From Eledone cirrhosa (taxonomy: Eukaryota), in NCBI GenBank assembly GCA_964016885.1, contig OZ024740.1, forward strand, positions 340,566,001 through 340,630,000: a stretch of DNA of 64,000 nucleotides, read 5' to 3'. The position numbers and the translations under genes were made by a program. Of this stretch, positions 49,301 through 64,000 are shown in pieces. The stretch's first letter is position 1; the number at the start of each line of letters is the position of its first letter. A model generated the notes under the pieces. The model saw only the letters and a program-made list of their open reading frames with translations, did not search any database and was not told the DNA's origin.

Positions 49301-52300
49301 ATACACAACCCCACCACTGCTACCTGCACCACGAACACACCCCCACCACTGCTACCTGCACCACGAACACACCCCCACCACTGCTACCTACACCACTAAC
49401 ACACACCCCACCACTGCTACCTGCACCACGAACACACCCCCACCACTGCTACCTGCACCACGAACACATACCCCACCACTGATACCTGCACCACTAACAC
49501 ACCCCACTGCAAGTAATACCACTAACACCTGGCCCACCACTGCTACTAGTACCACTGATACATGTACCACTAACATGCCCCACCACTGCTACTAATACCA
49601 CTGATACCTGCACCACTAACGCACACTCCACCACTGATACCTGCACCACTAACACACCCCACCGATGATACCTGCACCACTGCTACTAATACGACTGATA
49701 CCTGCACCACTAACACACTGCACCACCACTGCTACCAATACTACTGATACCTGCACCACTAACACACACCCCACCCCACCCTCACTATTAATACCACTGA
49801 TAGCTGCACCACTAACACACATCCCACCACTGATATCAGCACCACTAACACACACCACCACTGCTACTAATACCACTGATACCTGCACCACTAACACACG
49901 CCCCACCACCGCAACTAATACCACTGATACCTGCACCCCAACACGGCTACTAATACCACTGATCCCTGCACCACTAACACACACCCCACCACTGCTACCT
50001 GCACCACTAACATACAGCTCACCACCACTACTAATACCACTAACACACACCCCACCACTGATACAGGTACCACTATCACACGCCCCACCACTGATACATG
50101 TACCACAATCATACGCCCCACCACTGCTGTAAAAATACCAGATACCTTCACCACTAATACCTGCACCATTGCTAGTAATACCACTGATACCTCCACCACT
50201 AACACACCCCATAAGCACTACCAATACCACTGATACCTGCACCACTAACACATACCCCACCAACACTACTAATACTACTGATACCTGCACTACCACAACT
50301 AATACCACTGATACCTGCACCACCACTACTAATACCACTGATACATGCACCACTAACACACACCCCAGCACTGATACCTGCACCACTAAGACACACCTCA
50401 CCACTAACACACACCCCACCATCCCTACTAATACCACTGATACCCGCAACACTAACACACCCCACCACCACTACTAATACCACTGATACCTGCACCACTA
50501 ATACACACCCCACAACCACAACTAATACCACTAACACACACCACAATTGCTACTAATACCAGAGATACCTGCACCACTAACACCCACCCCACCACCAATA
50601 GTAATAACACTAATACCTGCACCACTAACACACACCCAACCACAGCTACTAATACCACTGATACCTGCACCACTAACATACACCCCTCCACTGATACCTG
50701 CACCACTAACACACACCGCACCACCACTACTAATACCACTGATACCTGCACCACTAACACACCCCACTGCTGATACCTGCACCACTAACACACACCCCAC
50801 CACTGCTACTAATACGACTGATATCTGCACCACTAACACACACCCCACTACTACGACTACCACTGATACCTGCACGAGTAACAAACCCCAGCACCACTAC
50901 CGTACCACTGATACCTGCACCACTAACACACACCCCACCACTGATACCTGCACCACTAACACACACCCCACCACTGAAACCTGCACCACTAACACACACC
51001 CCACCACTGATACCTGCACCAACACTACTAATACCACTGATAGCTGCACCACCACTACTAATTCCACTATTACCTGCACCATTAACACACCCCACCACCA
51101 CTACTAATACAACTAATGCACACCCCACCACTGATACCTGTACCACTAACACACCCCACCACCACTACTAATACCAGTAACACGCACCCCACCACTGATA
51201 CCTGAACCACTAACACACTGCTACTAATACCACGGATACTTGTTCCACTAACACACCCCACCACCACTACTAATACCACTGATACCTGTACCACTAACAC
51301 ACCCCACCACCACTGATACCTGTACAACTAACACACCCCACCACCACTACCAATGATACCTGCACCACTAACACACCCCATCACCACTACCAATACCACT
51401 GATACCTGCACCACTAACACACCCCATCACCACTACCAATACCACTGATACCTGCACCACTAACACACCCCATCACCACTACCAATACCACTGATACCTG
51501 TACCACTAACACACCCCACCACCACTGCTACTAATACCACTGATACCTGCACCACTAACACACCCCATCACCACTACCAATACCACTGATACCTGCACCA
51601 CTAACACACCCCACCACCACTACCAATACCACTGATACCTGTACCACTAACACACCCCACCACCACTACCAATACCACTGATACCTGCACCACTAACACA
51701 CCCCACCACCACTACCAATACCACTGATACCTGTACCACTAACACACCCCATCACCACTACCAATACCACTGATACCTGCACCACTAACACACCCCACCA
51801 CCACTACCAATACCACTGATAGCTGCACCACCACTATTAATACCACTAACACACCCCACCACCGCTACTAATACCACTGATACCTGCACCACTAACACAC
51901 ACCCCGCCACTGCTACTAATACCACGACACACACCCCACCACCACTACCAATACCACTGATACCTGCACCACCACTATTAATACCACTGATACCTGCACC
52001 ACTAACACACACCCCACCACCCCTACTAATACCACTGATACCTGCACCACTAACACACCGCACGACCACTACTAATACCACTAACACCCCCACCCCCACC
52101 ACTGATACCTGCACCAGTGCTAGCAATACCACTGATACCTGTACCATTAACACACCTCACCACCACTACTAATACCATTAACACGCACCCCCATCACCAC
52201 GACTAATACCACTGATACCTGCAACACTAATACACAACCCCACCACTGCTACCTGCACCACGAACACACCCCCACCACTGCTACCTGCACCACGAACACA

Positions 52301-55300
52301 CCCCCACCACTGCTACCTACACCACTAACACACACCCCACCACTGCTACCTGCACCACGAACACACCCCCACCACTGCTACCTGCACCACGAACACATAC
52401 CCCACCACTGATACCTGCACCACTAACACACCCCACTGCAAGTAATACCACTAACACCTGGCCCACCACTGCTACTAGTACCACTGATACATGTACCACT
52501 AACATGCCCCACCACTGCTACTAATACCACTGATACCTGCACCACTAACGCACACTCCACCACTGATACCTGCACCACTAACACACCCCACCGATGATAC
52601 CTGCACCACTGCTACTAATACGACTGATACCTGCACCACTAACACACTGCACCACCACTGCTACCAATACTACTGATACCTGCACCACTAACACACACCC
52701 CACCCCACCCTCACTATTAATACCACTGATAGCTGCACCACTAACACACATCCCACCACTGATATCAGCACCACTAACACACACCACCACTGCTACTAAT
52801 ACCACTGATACCTGCACCACTAACACACGCCCCACCACCGCAACTAATACCACTGATACCTGCACCACTAACAAACACCCCAACACGGCTACTAATACCA
52901 CTGATCCCTGCACCACTAACACACACCCCACCACTGCTACCTGCACCACTAACATACAGCTCACCACCACTACTAATACCACTAACACACACCCCACCAC
53001 TGATACATGTACCACTATCACACGCCCCACCACTGATACATGTACCACAATCATACGCCCCACCACTGCTGTAAAAATACCAGATACCTTCACCACTGAT
53101 ACCTGCACCATTGCTAGTAATACCACTGATACCTCCACCACTAACACACCCCATAAGCACTACCGATACCACTGATACCTGCACCACTAACACATACCCC
53201 ACCAACACTACTAATACTACTGATACCTGCACTACCACAACTAATACCACTGATACCTGCACCACCACTACTAATACCACTGATACCTGCACGAGTAACA
53301 AACCCCAGCACCACTACCGTACCACTGATACCTGCACCACTAACACACACCCCACCACTGATACCTGCACCACTAACACACACCCCACCACTGAAACCTG
53401 CACCACTAACACACACCCCACCACTGATACCTGCACCAACACTACTAATACCACTGATAGCTGCACCACCACTACTAATTCCACTATTACCTGCACCATT
53501 AACACACCCCACCACCACTACTAATACCACTAATGCACACCCCACCACTGATACCTGTACCACTAACACACCCCACCACCACTACTAATACCAGTAACAC
53601 GCACCCCACCACTGATACCTGAACCACTAACACACTGCTACTAATACCACGGATACTTGTACCACTAACACACCCCACCACCACTTCTAATACCACTGAT
53701 ACCTGCACCACTAACACACACCACATACCCCACCACTAACACACACGCACCACCACTGCTACTAATACCACTGATACCTGCACCACTAACACACACCCTA
53801 CTGCTGATACCTGCACCACTGATGCTAATACCACTGATACCTGCACCACTAACACACACCCCACCACTACTACTAAAACCACTGATACCTGATTCACTAA
53901 TACACACCCCACCACTGATACCTGCACCACTAACACACAACCCACCACCCCTACTAACACACCCCACCACTGATACCTGCAACACCAACACACCCCACCC
54001 TCACTATTAATACCACTGATAGCTGCACCACTAACACACACCACCACTGCTACTAATACCACTAACCCCCCCCCCCCCCCACCACTGCTACTAATACCGT
54101 AATCACACGCCCCACCACCGCTACTAATACCACTATTACCTGTACCATTAACCCACCCCACCACCACTACTAATCCCACTATTACCTGTACCACTACTAA
54201 TACCACCGATAGCTGCACCACTAACACACACCCCAACAGCTGCCACTAATACCACTAACACACGCACCACCACTGCTACTAATACCACTGATACCCCCCG
54301 CCCCTCCCCACTGCTACTAATACCACTGATAGCTGCACCAATAACACTCACCCCACCACTGTTACTAATACCAGATACCTGCACCACTAACACACCCCAC
54401 CACTGCTATTAATACCACTAATGCACACCCCACCACTGCTACTAATACCACTAACACACCCCACCACCACTACTAATACCACTGATACATGCACCACTAA
54501 CACACCACCACGCTACTAATACCACTGATACCTGCACCACTAACACACCCCACCACTGCTACTAATACCAGATACCTGCACCACTAACACACCACACCAC
54601 TGCTACTAATACCAGATACCTGCACCACTAACACACCACACCACTACTACTAATACCACTAACACACACCCCACCAACACTACTAATACCACTGATACCT
54701 GCACTACCAGAACTAATACCACTGAAACCTGCACCACCACTACTACTACCACTGATACATGCACCACTAACACACAGCCCAGCACTGATACCTGCACCAC
54801 TAAGACACACCTCACCACTAACACATACCCCACCATCCCTACGAATACCACTGATACGCGCAACACTAACACACCCCACCACCACTACTAATACCACTGA
54901 TACCTGCACCACTAATACACAGCCCACCACCACAAATAATACCACTAACACACACCACAATTGCTAATAATACCAGTGATACCTGCACCACTAACACCCA
55001 CCCCACCACTGCTACATGCACCACTAACATACAACCCACCACCACTACTAATACCACTAACACACACTCAACCACCGATACATGCACCACTAACACACTC
55101 CCCACCACCGCTACTAATACCACTGAAACCTGCACCACTAACACACACTTCACCACCCCTACTAATACCACTGATACTTGTACCAGTAACACACCCAACC
55201 ACCACTAATACACTCCCCACCACTGCTACTAAAACCACTAACACTGATACCTGCACAACTAACACACACCCCACCACCAATAGTAATAACACTAATACCT

Positions 55301-58300
55301 GCACCACTAACACACACCCTAACACTGCTTCTAATACAATCGATACCTGCACCATTAAAACACGCCCCACCACAGCTACTAATACCACTGATACCTGCAC
55401 CACTAACATACACCCCTCCACTGATACCTGCACCACTAACACACACCCCACCACTACGACTATCACTGATACCTGCACCACTAAAACACGCCCCACCACT
55501 GCTACTAATACCACTGATACCTGCACCACTAACACACCCCACCACCACTACGACTACCACTAACACACACCCCACCACTGCTACTAAAACCACTGATACC
55601 TGCTTCACTAATACACACCCCACCACTGATACCTGCACCACTAACACACACCCCACCACCACTGATACATGTACCAGTAACACACTTCAGCACTGCTACT
55701 AATACCACTGATACCTGTACCACTAACACACCCCATCACCACTACCAATACCACTGATACCTGCACCACTAACACACCCCATCACCACTACCAATACCAC
55801 TGATACCTGCACCACTAACACACCCCACCACCACTGATACATGTACCACTAACACACTTCAGCACTGCTACTAATACCACTGATACCTGCACCACTAACA
55901 CACCCCATCACCACTACCAATACCACTGATACCTGCACCACTAACACACCCCACCACCACTACCAATACCACTGATACCTGCACCACTAACACACCCCAT
56001 CACTACTACCAATACCACTGATACCTGCACCACTAACTAACCCCACCACCACTACCAATACCACTAACACACCCCACCACCACTACCAATACCACTGATA
56101 CCTGCACCACTAACACACCCCACCACCACTACCAATACCACTGATACCTGCACCACTAACACACCCCACCACCACTACCAATACCACTAACACACCCCAC
56201 CACCACTACCAATACCACTGATACCTGCACCACTAACACACCCCATCACCACTACCAATACCACTGATACCTGCACCACTAACACACCCCACCACCACTA
56301 CCAATACCACTGATACCTGCACCACTAACACACCCCACCACCACTACCAATACCACTAACACACCCCACCACCACTACCAATACCACTGATACCTGCACC
56401 ACTAACACACCCCATCACCACTACCAATACCACTGATACCTGCACCACTAACACACCCCATCACCACTACCAATACCACTGATACCTGCACCACTAACAC
56501 ACCCCACCACCACTACCAATACCACTGATACCTGTACCACTAACACACCCCATCACCACTACCAATACAACTGATACCTGTACCACTAACACACCCCACC
56601 ACCACTACCAATACCACTGATACCTGCACCACTAACGCACCCCACCACCACTACCACCACTACCAATACCACACCCCACCACCACTACCAATACCACTGA
56701 TACCTGCACCACTAACACACCCCATCACCACTACCAATACCACTGATACCTGCACCACTAACACACCCCACCACCACTACCAATACCACTAACACACCCC
56801 ACCACCACTACCAATACCACTGATACCTGCACCACTAACACACCCACCACCACTACCAATACCACTGATACCTGCACCACTAACACACCCCACCACCATT
56901 ACCAATACCACTGATACCTGCACCACTACCAATACCACTAACACACCCCACGACCACTACCAATACCACTGATACCTGTACCACTAACACACCCCACCAC
57001 CACTACCAATACCACTGATACCTGTACCACTAACACACCCCACCACCACTGCTACCTGCACCACTAACACACCCCACCACCACTACCAATACCACTGATA
57101 CCTGCACCACTAACACACCCCACCACCACTACCAATACCACTGATACCTGCACCACTAACACACCCCACCACCACTACCAATACCACTGATACCTGCACC
57201 ACTAACACACCCCATCACCACTACCAATACCACTGATACCTGCACCACTAACACACCCCACCACCACTACCAATACCACTGATACCTGTACCACTAACAC
57301 ACCCCATCACCACTACAACTGATACCTGTACCACTAACACACCCCACCACCACTACCAATACCACTAACACACCCCACCACCACTACCAATACCACTAAC
57401 ACACCCCACCACCACTACCAATACCACTGATACCTGCACCACTAACACACCCCATCACCACTACCAATACCACTGATACCTGCACCACTAACACACCCCA
57501 CCACCACTACCAATACCACTGATACCTGCACCACTAACACACCCCATCACCACTACCAATACCACTGATACCTGCACCACTAACACACCCCACGACCACT
57601 ACCAATACCACTGATACCTGCACCACTAACACACCCCATCACCACTACCAATACCACTGATACCTGTACCACTAACACACCCCACCACCACTACCAATAC
57701 CACTGATACCTGTACCACTAACACACCCCACCACCACTGCTACTAATACCACTGATACCTGCACCACTAACACACCCCATCACCACTACCAATACCACTG
57801 ATACCTGCACCACTAACACACCCCACCACCACTACCAATACCACTGATACCTGCACCACTAACACACCCCACCACCACTACCAATACCACCACTACCAAT
57901 ACCACTAACACACCCCACCACCACTACCAATACCACTGACACCTGTACCACTAACACACCCCATCACTACTACCAATACCACTGATACCTGCACCACTAA
58001 CACACCCCATCACCACTACCATTACCACTGATACCTGTACCACTAACACACCCCACCACCACTACCAATACCACTGATACCTGTACCACTAACACACCCC
58101 ACCACCACTGCTACTAATACCACTGATACCTGCACCACTAACACACCCCATCACCACTACCAATACCACTGATACCTGCACCACTAACACACCCCATCAC
58201 CACTACCAATACCACTAACACACCCCACCACCACTACCAATACCACTGATACCTGCACCACTAACACACCCCATCACCACTACCAATACCACTAACACAC

Positions 58301-61300
58301 CCCACCACCACTACCAATACCACTGATACCTGCACCACTAACACACCCCACCACCACTACCAATACCACTGATACCTGCACCACTAACACACCCCATCAC
58401 CACTACCAATACCACTAACACACCCCACCACCACTACCAATACCACTGATACCTGTACCACTAACACACCCCACCACCACTGCTACTAATACCACTGATA
58501 CCTGTACTACTAACACACCCCACCACCACTACCAATACCACTGATACCTGCACCACTAACACACCCCATCATCACTACCAATACCACTGATACCTGCACC
58601 ACTAACACACCCCATCACCACTACCAATACCACTGATACCTGCACCACTAACACACCCCATCACCACTACCAATACCACTGATACCTGCACCACTAACAC
58701 ACCCCATCACCACTACCAATACCACTGATACCTGCACCACTAACACACCCCATCATCACTACCAATACCACTGATACCTGTACCACTAACACACCCCATC
58801 ACCACTACCAATACCAGTGATACCTGCACCACTAACACACCTCACCACCACTACCAATACCACTGATACCTGCACCACCACTATTAATACCACTGATACC
58901 TGCACCACTAACACACCCCACCACTGCTACTAATACCACTGATACATGCACCACTAACACACACCCCGCCACTGCTACTAATACCACGACACACACCCCA
59001 CTACCACTACTAATACCACGGATACCTATACCACTAACACACACTACTAATAACCCCACCTATCACCACTACTAATACCACTGATACCTGTGCAACTAAC
59101 ACTCGCCCCATTACTGCTACTAATACCACTAACACACACCACACCACTGCTACTAATACCACTGATACCTGCACCACTAACACATACCCCATCACCACTA
59201 CTAATACCACTGATACCTGTACCACTAACACATACCCCACCACTGCTACTAATACCAGATACCTGCACCATTAACACACCCCACCACTACTAATACCACT
59301 GATACCTGCACTACTAACACACTCCAACACCACTGCTACAAATACCACTGATACCTGCAACACATACCACCACTGATACCTGCACCACTAACACACCCCA
59401 CCGCTGATACCTGCACCACTAACACACCCAACCACCGCTACTAATACTACTTATACCTGCACCACTAACACACAACGCACCACCATTACTAATACCACTG
59501 ATACCTGCATCACTAACACAAAACACCAGTACTAATACCAATGATACCTCTACCACTAACACACGCCACCACTGATACCTGTACCAATAAAACACCCCAC
59601 CAATGCTACTATTACTAACTATTACGTGTACCATTAACACACCCCACCACCACTACTAATACCACTGATACCTGTACCACCACTACTAATACCACTGCTA
59701 CCTGCACCACCACTACAATTACCACTGATACCTGCACCACCACTATTAATACCACTGATACCTGCACCACAAACGTACCCCCGCCACTGCTACTAATATC
59801 ACGACACACATCCCATCACCACTACGAATACCACTGCTACCTGCACCACTAACACACCCCACCTCTGCTACTAATACCAAATACCTGCACCATTAATTAA
59901 CACACACCACATCACTCCTCCAACCACTGATACCTGCACTACTAACACACGCCGCGCCACTGCTACTAATACCACTGATACCTGCACCACCAACACATAC
60001 CACCACAGCAACTAATACCACTGATACCTGCACTACTAATACCACTGATACCTGCACCACCAACTAATACCACTAACATACACCCTTCCATTGATACCTG
60101 CACCACTAACACACACCGCACCACCACTACTAATACCACTGATACCTGCACCACGAACACACCTCACCACTGCTACTAATACCACTGATACCTGTATCAT
60201 TAACACACCCCAACACTGCTACTAATACCACTAACACACCCCACCACCACTACTAATACCACTGATACCTGCACCACTAACACCCTCCCCACCACTGCTA
60301 TTAATACCACTAACACACCCCAACACTGCTACTAATACCACTAACACACTCCACCACCACTACTAATACCACGGATACCTGTACCACTAACACACACCAC
60401 CACTGCTACTAATACCACGGATACCTGTACCACTAACACACACCACCAGATACCTGCACCACTAACATACAACCCACCACCACTACTAATACAACTAACA
60501 CACGCTCGAACCACTGCTACCTGCACCACTACTACACACACCCCACCACTGATACATGCACCACTAACACACACCCCACCTATGCTACTAATACCACTGA
60601 TACCTACACCACTAACACACACCCCACCACTGATACCTGCACCACTACCACACACACCCCACCACTAACACACGACCCACCACCGCTACTAATACCACTG
60701 ATACCTGCACCACTAACACACGCCCCACCACTGATACCTGCACCACTACCACACACACCCCACCACTAACACACGACCCACCACCGGTACTAATACCACT
60801 GATACTTGCACAACTAACACGCACCCCACCACCACTACTAATACCACTAACACACACTCAACCACTGCTACCTGCACCACTACTACACACACCCCACCAC
60901 TGATACATGCACCACTAACACACACCCCACCTATGCTACTAATACCACTGATACCTGCACCACTAACACACACCCCACCTATGCTACTAATACCACTGAT
61001 ACCTGCACCACTAACACACACCCCACCACTAACACACACACCCCACCACTGCTAGTAAAACCACTAACACCACCCTACCAGTGATAATACCACCACTACT
61101 AATACCACTGATACCTGCACCAATAACAGCCACCCTACCACTGCTACTAATACCACGGATACCTACACCACTAACACACCCCACCACCACTACTAATACC
61201 ACTGATACCTGCACCACAAACATACCCCCACCAGTGCTACTAATACCACCGATACCTGCGCAACTAACACTCGCCCCATCACTGCTACCTGCACCACTAA

Positions 61301-64000
61301 CACATGCCGCACCACTGCTACTAATACTACTGACACCTCCACCACTAACACACACCCCACCACTGCTACTGATACCATTAACACACACCCTACCACCACT
61401 ACTAATACCACAGATACTTGCACCACCACTATTAATACCACTGATACCTGCAGCACTAACACACCCAACCACTGATACCTGCACCACTAACACACACCCC
61501 ACACTGCTACTAATACCACTGATACCTGCATCAGTAACACACACCCCACCACTGATACCTGCACTACTAACACACGCCGCGCCACTGCTACTAATACCAC
61601 TGATACCTGCACCACCAACACATACCACCACAGCAACTAATACCACTGATACCTGCACTACTAATACCACTGATACCTGCACCACCAACTAATACCACTA
61701 ACATACACCCTTCCATTGATACCTGCACCACTAACACACACCGCACCACCACTACTAATACCACTGATACCTGTATCATTAACACACCCCAACACTGCTA
61801 CTAATACCACTAACACACCCCACCACCACTACTAATACCACTGATACCTGCACAACTAACACCCTCCCCACCACTGCTACTAATACCACTAACACACCCC
61901 AACACTGCTACTAATACCACTAACACACTCCACCACCACTACTAATACCACGGATACCTGTACCACTAACACACACCACCACTGCTACTAATACCACTGA
62001 TACCTGCACCACTAACATACAACCCACCACCACTAACACACACTCAACCACTGCTACCTGCACCACTAACACACACCCCACCACTAACACACACACCCCA
62101 CCACTGCTAGTAAAACCACTAACACCACCCTACCAGTGATAATACCACCACTACTAATACCACTGATACCTGCACCAATAACAGCCACCATACCACTGCT
62201 ACTAATACCACTGATACCTGCACCACTAACACACCCCACCACCACTACTAATACCACTGATACCTGCACCACAAACATACCCCCACCAGTGCTACTAATA
62301 CCACTGATACCTGCGCAACTAACACTCGCCCCATCACTGCTACCTGCACCACTAACACATGCCGCACCACTGCTACTGATACTACTGATACCTCCACCAC
62401 TAACACACACCCCACCACTGCTACTGATACCACTAACACACACCCCACCACCACTACTAATACCACAGATACCTGCACCACCACTATTAATACCACTGAT
62501 ACCTGCACCACTAACACACACCCCACACGGCTACTAATACCACTGATACCTGCATCACTAACACACACCCCACCACTGCTACTAATACCACTGATACCTG
62601 CATCAGTAACACACACCCCACCACTGATACCTGCACCAGTAACACACACCCCACCACTGCTACTAATACCACTGATACCTACACCATTAACACACACCCC
62701 ACCAATGTTACTAATACCACTGATATCTGCACCACTAACACACACCCCACCACTGCTACTAATACCACTGATACCTGCACCACTAACACACACCCCACCA
62801 CTGATACTGCACACTAACACACACCCCACCACTGCTACTAATACCACTGATACCTGCACCACTAACACACACCCCACCACTGATACCTACACCCCACCAC
62901 TGCTACTAATACCACTGATACCTGCACCACTAACACACCCAACCACTGCTTCTAATACCACTGAAACCTGCACCACTAACACACACCCCACCACTGCCAC
63001 TAATACCACTAATACCTGCACCACTAACACACACCCCGCCACTGCTACTAATACCACTAATACCTGCACCACTAACACACACCCCGCCACTGCTACTAAT
63101 ACCACTAATACCTACACCACTAACACACACCCCGCCACTGCTACTAATACCACTGATACCTACACCACTAACACACACCCCACCACTGATACCTGCACCA
63201 CTAACACACACCCAACCACTGATACCTGCACCACTAACATACACCCTTCCACTGATACTTGCACCAGTAACCCCCCCCCCCCCCTCCACTACTAATACCA
63301 CTAACACCCCCCACCACTGATACCTGTACCACTAAAACACCCCACCAATGCTACTATTACTAACTATTACGTGTACCATTAACACACCCCACCACCACTA
63401 CTAATACCACTGATACCTGTACCACCACTACTAATACCACTGCTACCTGCACCACCACTACAATTACCACTGATACCTGCACCACTAACACACACCACCA
63501 CCACTACTAATACCACTGATACCTGCACCACAAACATACCCCCACCACTGCTACTAATACCACGACACACATCCCATCACCACTACGAATACCACTGCTA
63601 CCTGCACCACCAACACATACCACCACAGCAACTAATACCACTGATACCTGCACCACTAACACACACCCCACCACCGCTACTAATACCACTGATACCTGCA
63701 CCACTAACATACACCCTTCCATTGATACCTGCACCACTAACACACACCGCACCACCACTACTAATACCACTGATACCTGCACCACTAACACACCCCACCA
63801 CTGCTACTAATACCACTGATAACTGTATCATTAACACACCCCAACACTGCTACTAATACCACTAACACACCCCACCACCACTACTAATACCACTGATACC
63901 TGCACAACTAACACCCTCCCCACCACCGCTACTAATACCACTAACACACCCCAACACTGCTACTAATACCACTAACACACTCCACAACCACTACTAATAC
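43318..64000. repeat. Modular C/A-rich satellite, main array (runs off the window end)
   Basis: Same modules as the proximal block. Homogeneous 46-bp unit ACTAACACACCCCAYCACCACTACCAATACCACTGATACCTGYACC at about 44760-45990, 48400-48890, 51330-51820 and 55720-58830. Higher-order period of about 2929 bp. Confidence 0.97.

Noticed and set aside
44760-58830. Regular repeats as a CRISPR array or telomere tract
   Set aside because: No unique spacers, no cas genes, eukaryotic context, and no tandem TTAGGG/CCCTAA.
38013-63837. Many long ORFs resembling mucins (TTNTHPTT), silk/suckerin-like Gly-Ser proteins (SGAGISGISS) or Val-rich membrane proteins
   Set aside because: They appear in several frames on both strands, switch frame whenever an (AC)n or C run changes length, vanish in the 46-bp block, and have no unique terminal domains. 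They are by-products of triplet-based satellite modules.

Overview
AT-rich, transposon-dense animal DNA; the SINE/RTE/microsatellite complement suggests a coleoid cephalopod (Octopus-like; inferred). Positions 1-38 kb hold a minus-strand NCOA5/Neosin-like gene. I resolved 8 phase-consistent GT-AG coding exons (20637->4587, about 469 codons) encoding a partial hnRNP C-type RRM, a low-complexity/polyQ linker, the NCOA5 alpha/beta domain, an LxxLL motif and the INFDNP..KALDNL C-terminal motif. The first coding exon was not found. The introns and flanks carry a near full-length RTE LINE, a young 5'-truncated sister copy, many older RTE fragments, two mariner fossils, Tc2/pogo-like and TTAA-flanked MITEs, tRNA-derived SINEs, and piggyBac and Penelope remnants. 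From about 38 kb to the window end runs a 26-kb strand-asymmetric modular ACC/ACT satellite with a 46-bp core unit and a ~2.93-kb higher-order repeat, interrupted by a head-to-tail Helitron dimer. Top observations: a C4HC3 PHD finger embedded inside the RTE reverse transcriptase, a 125-bp direct repeat flanking a SINE, the satellite's module grammar, and a 76-bp-arm intronic inverted repeat. Most short ORFs in the supplied track are spurious.
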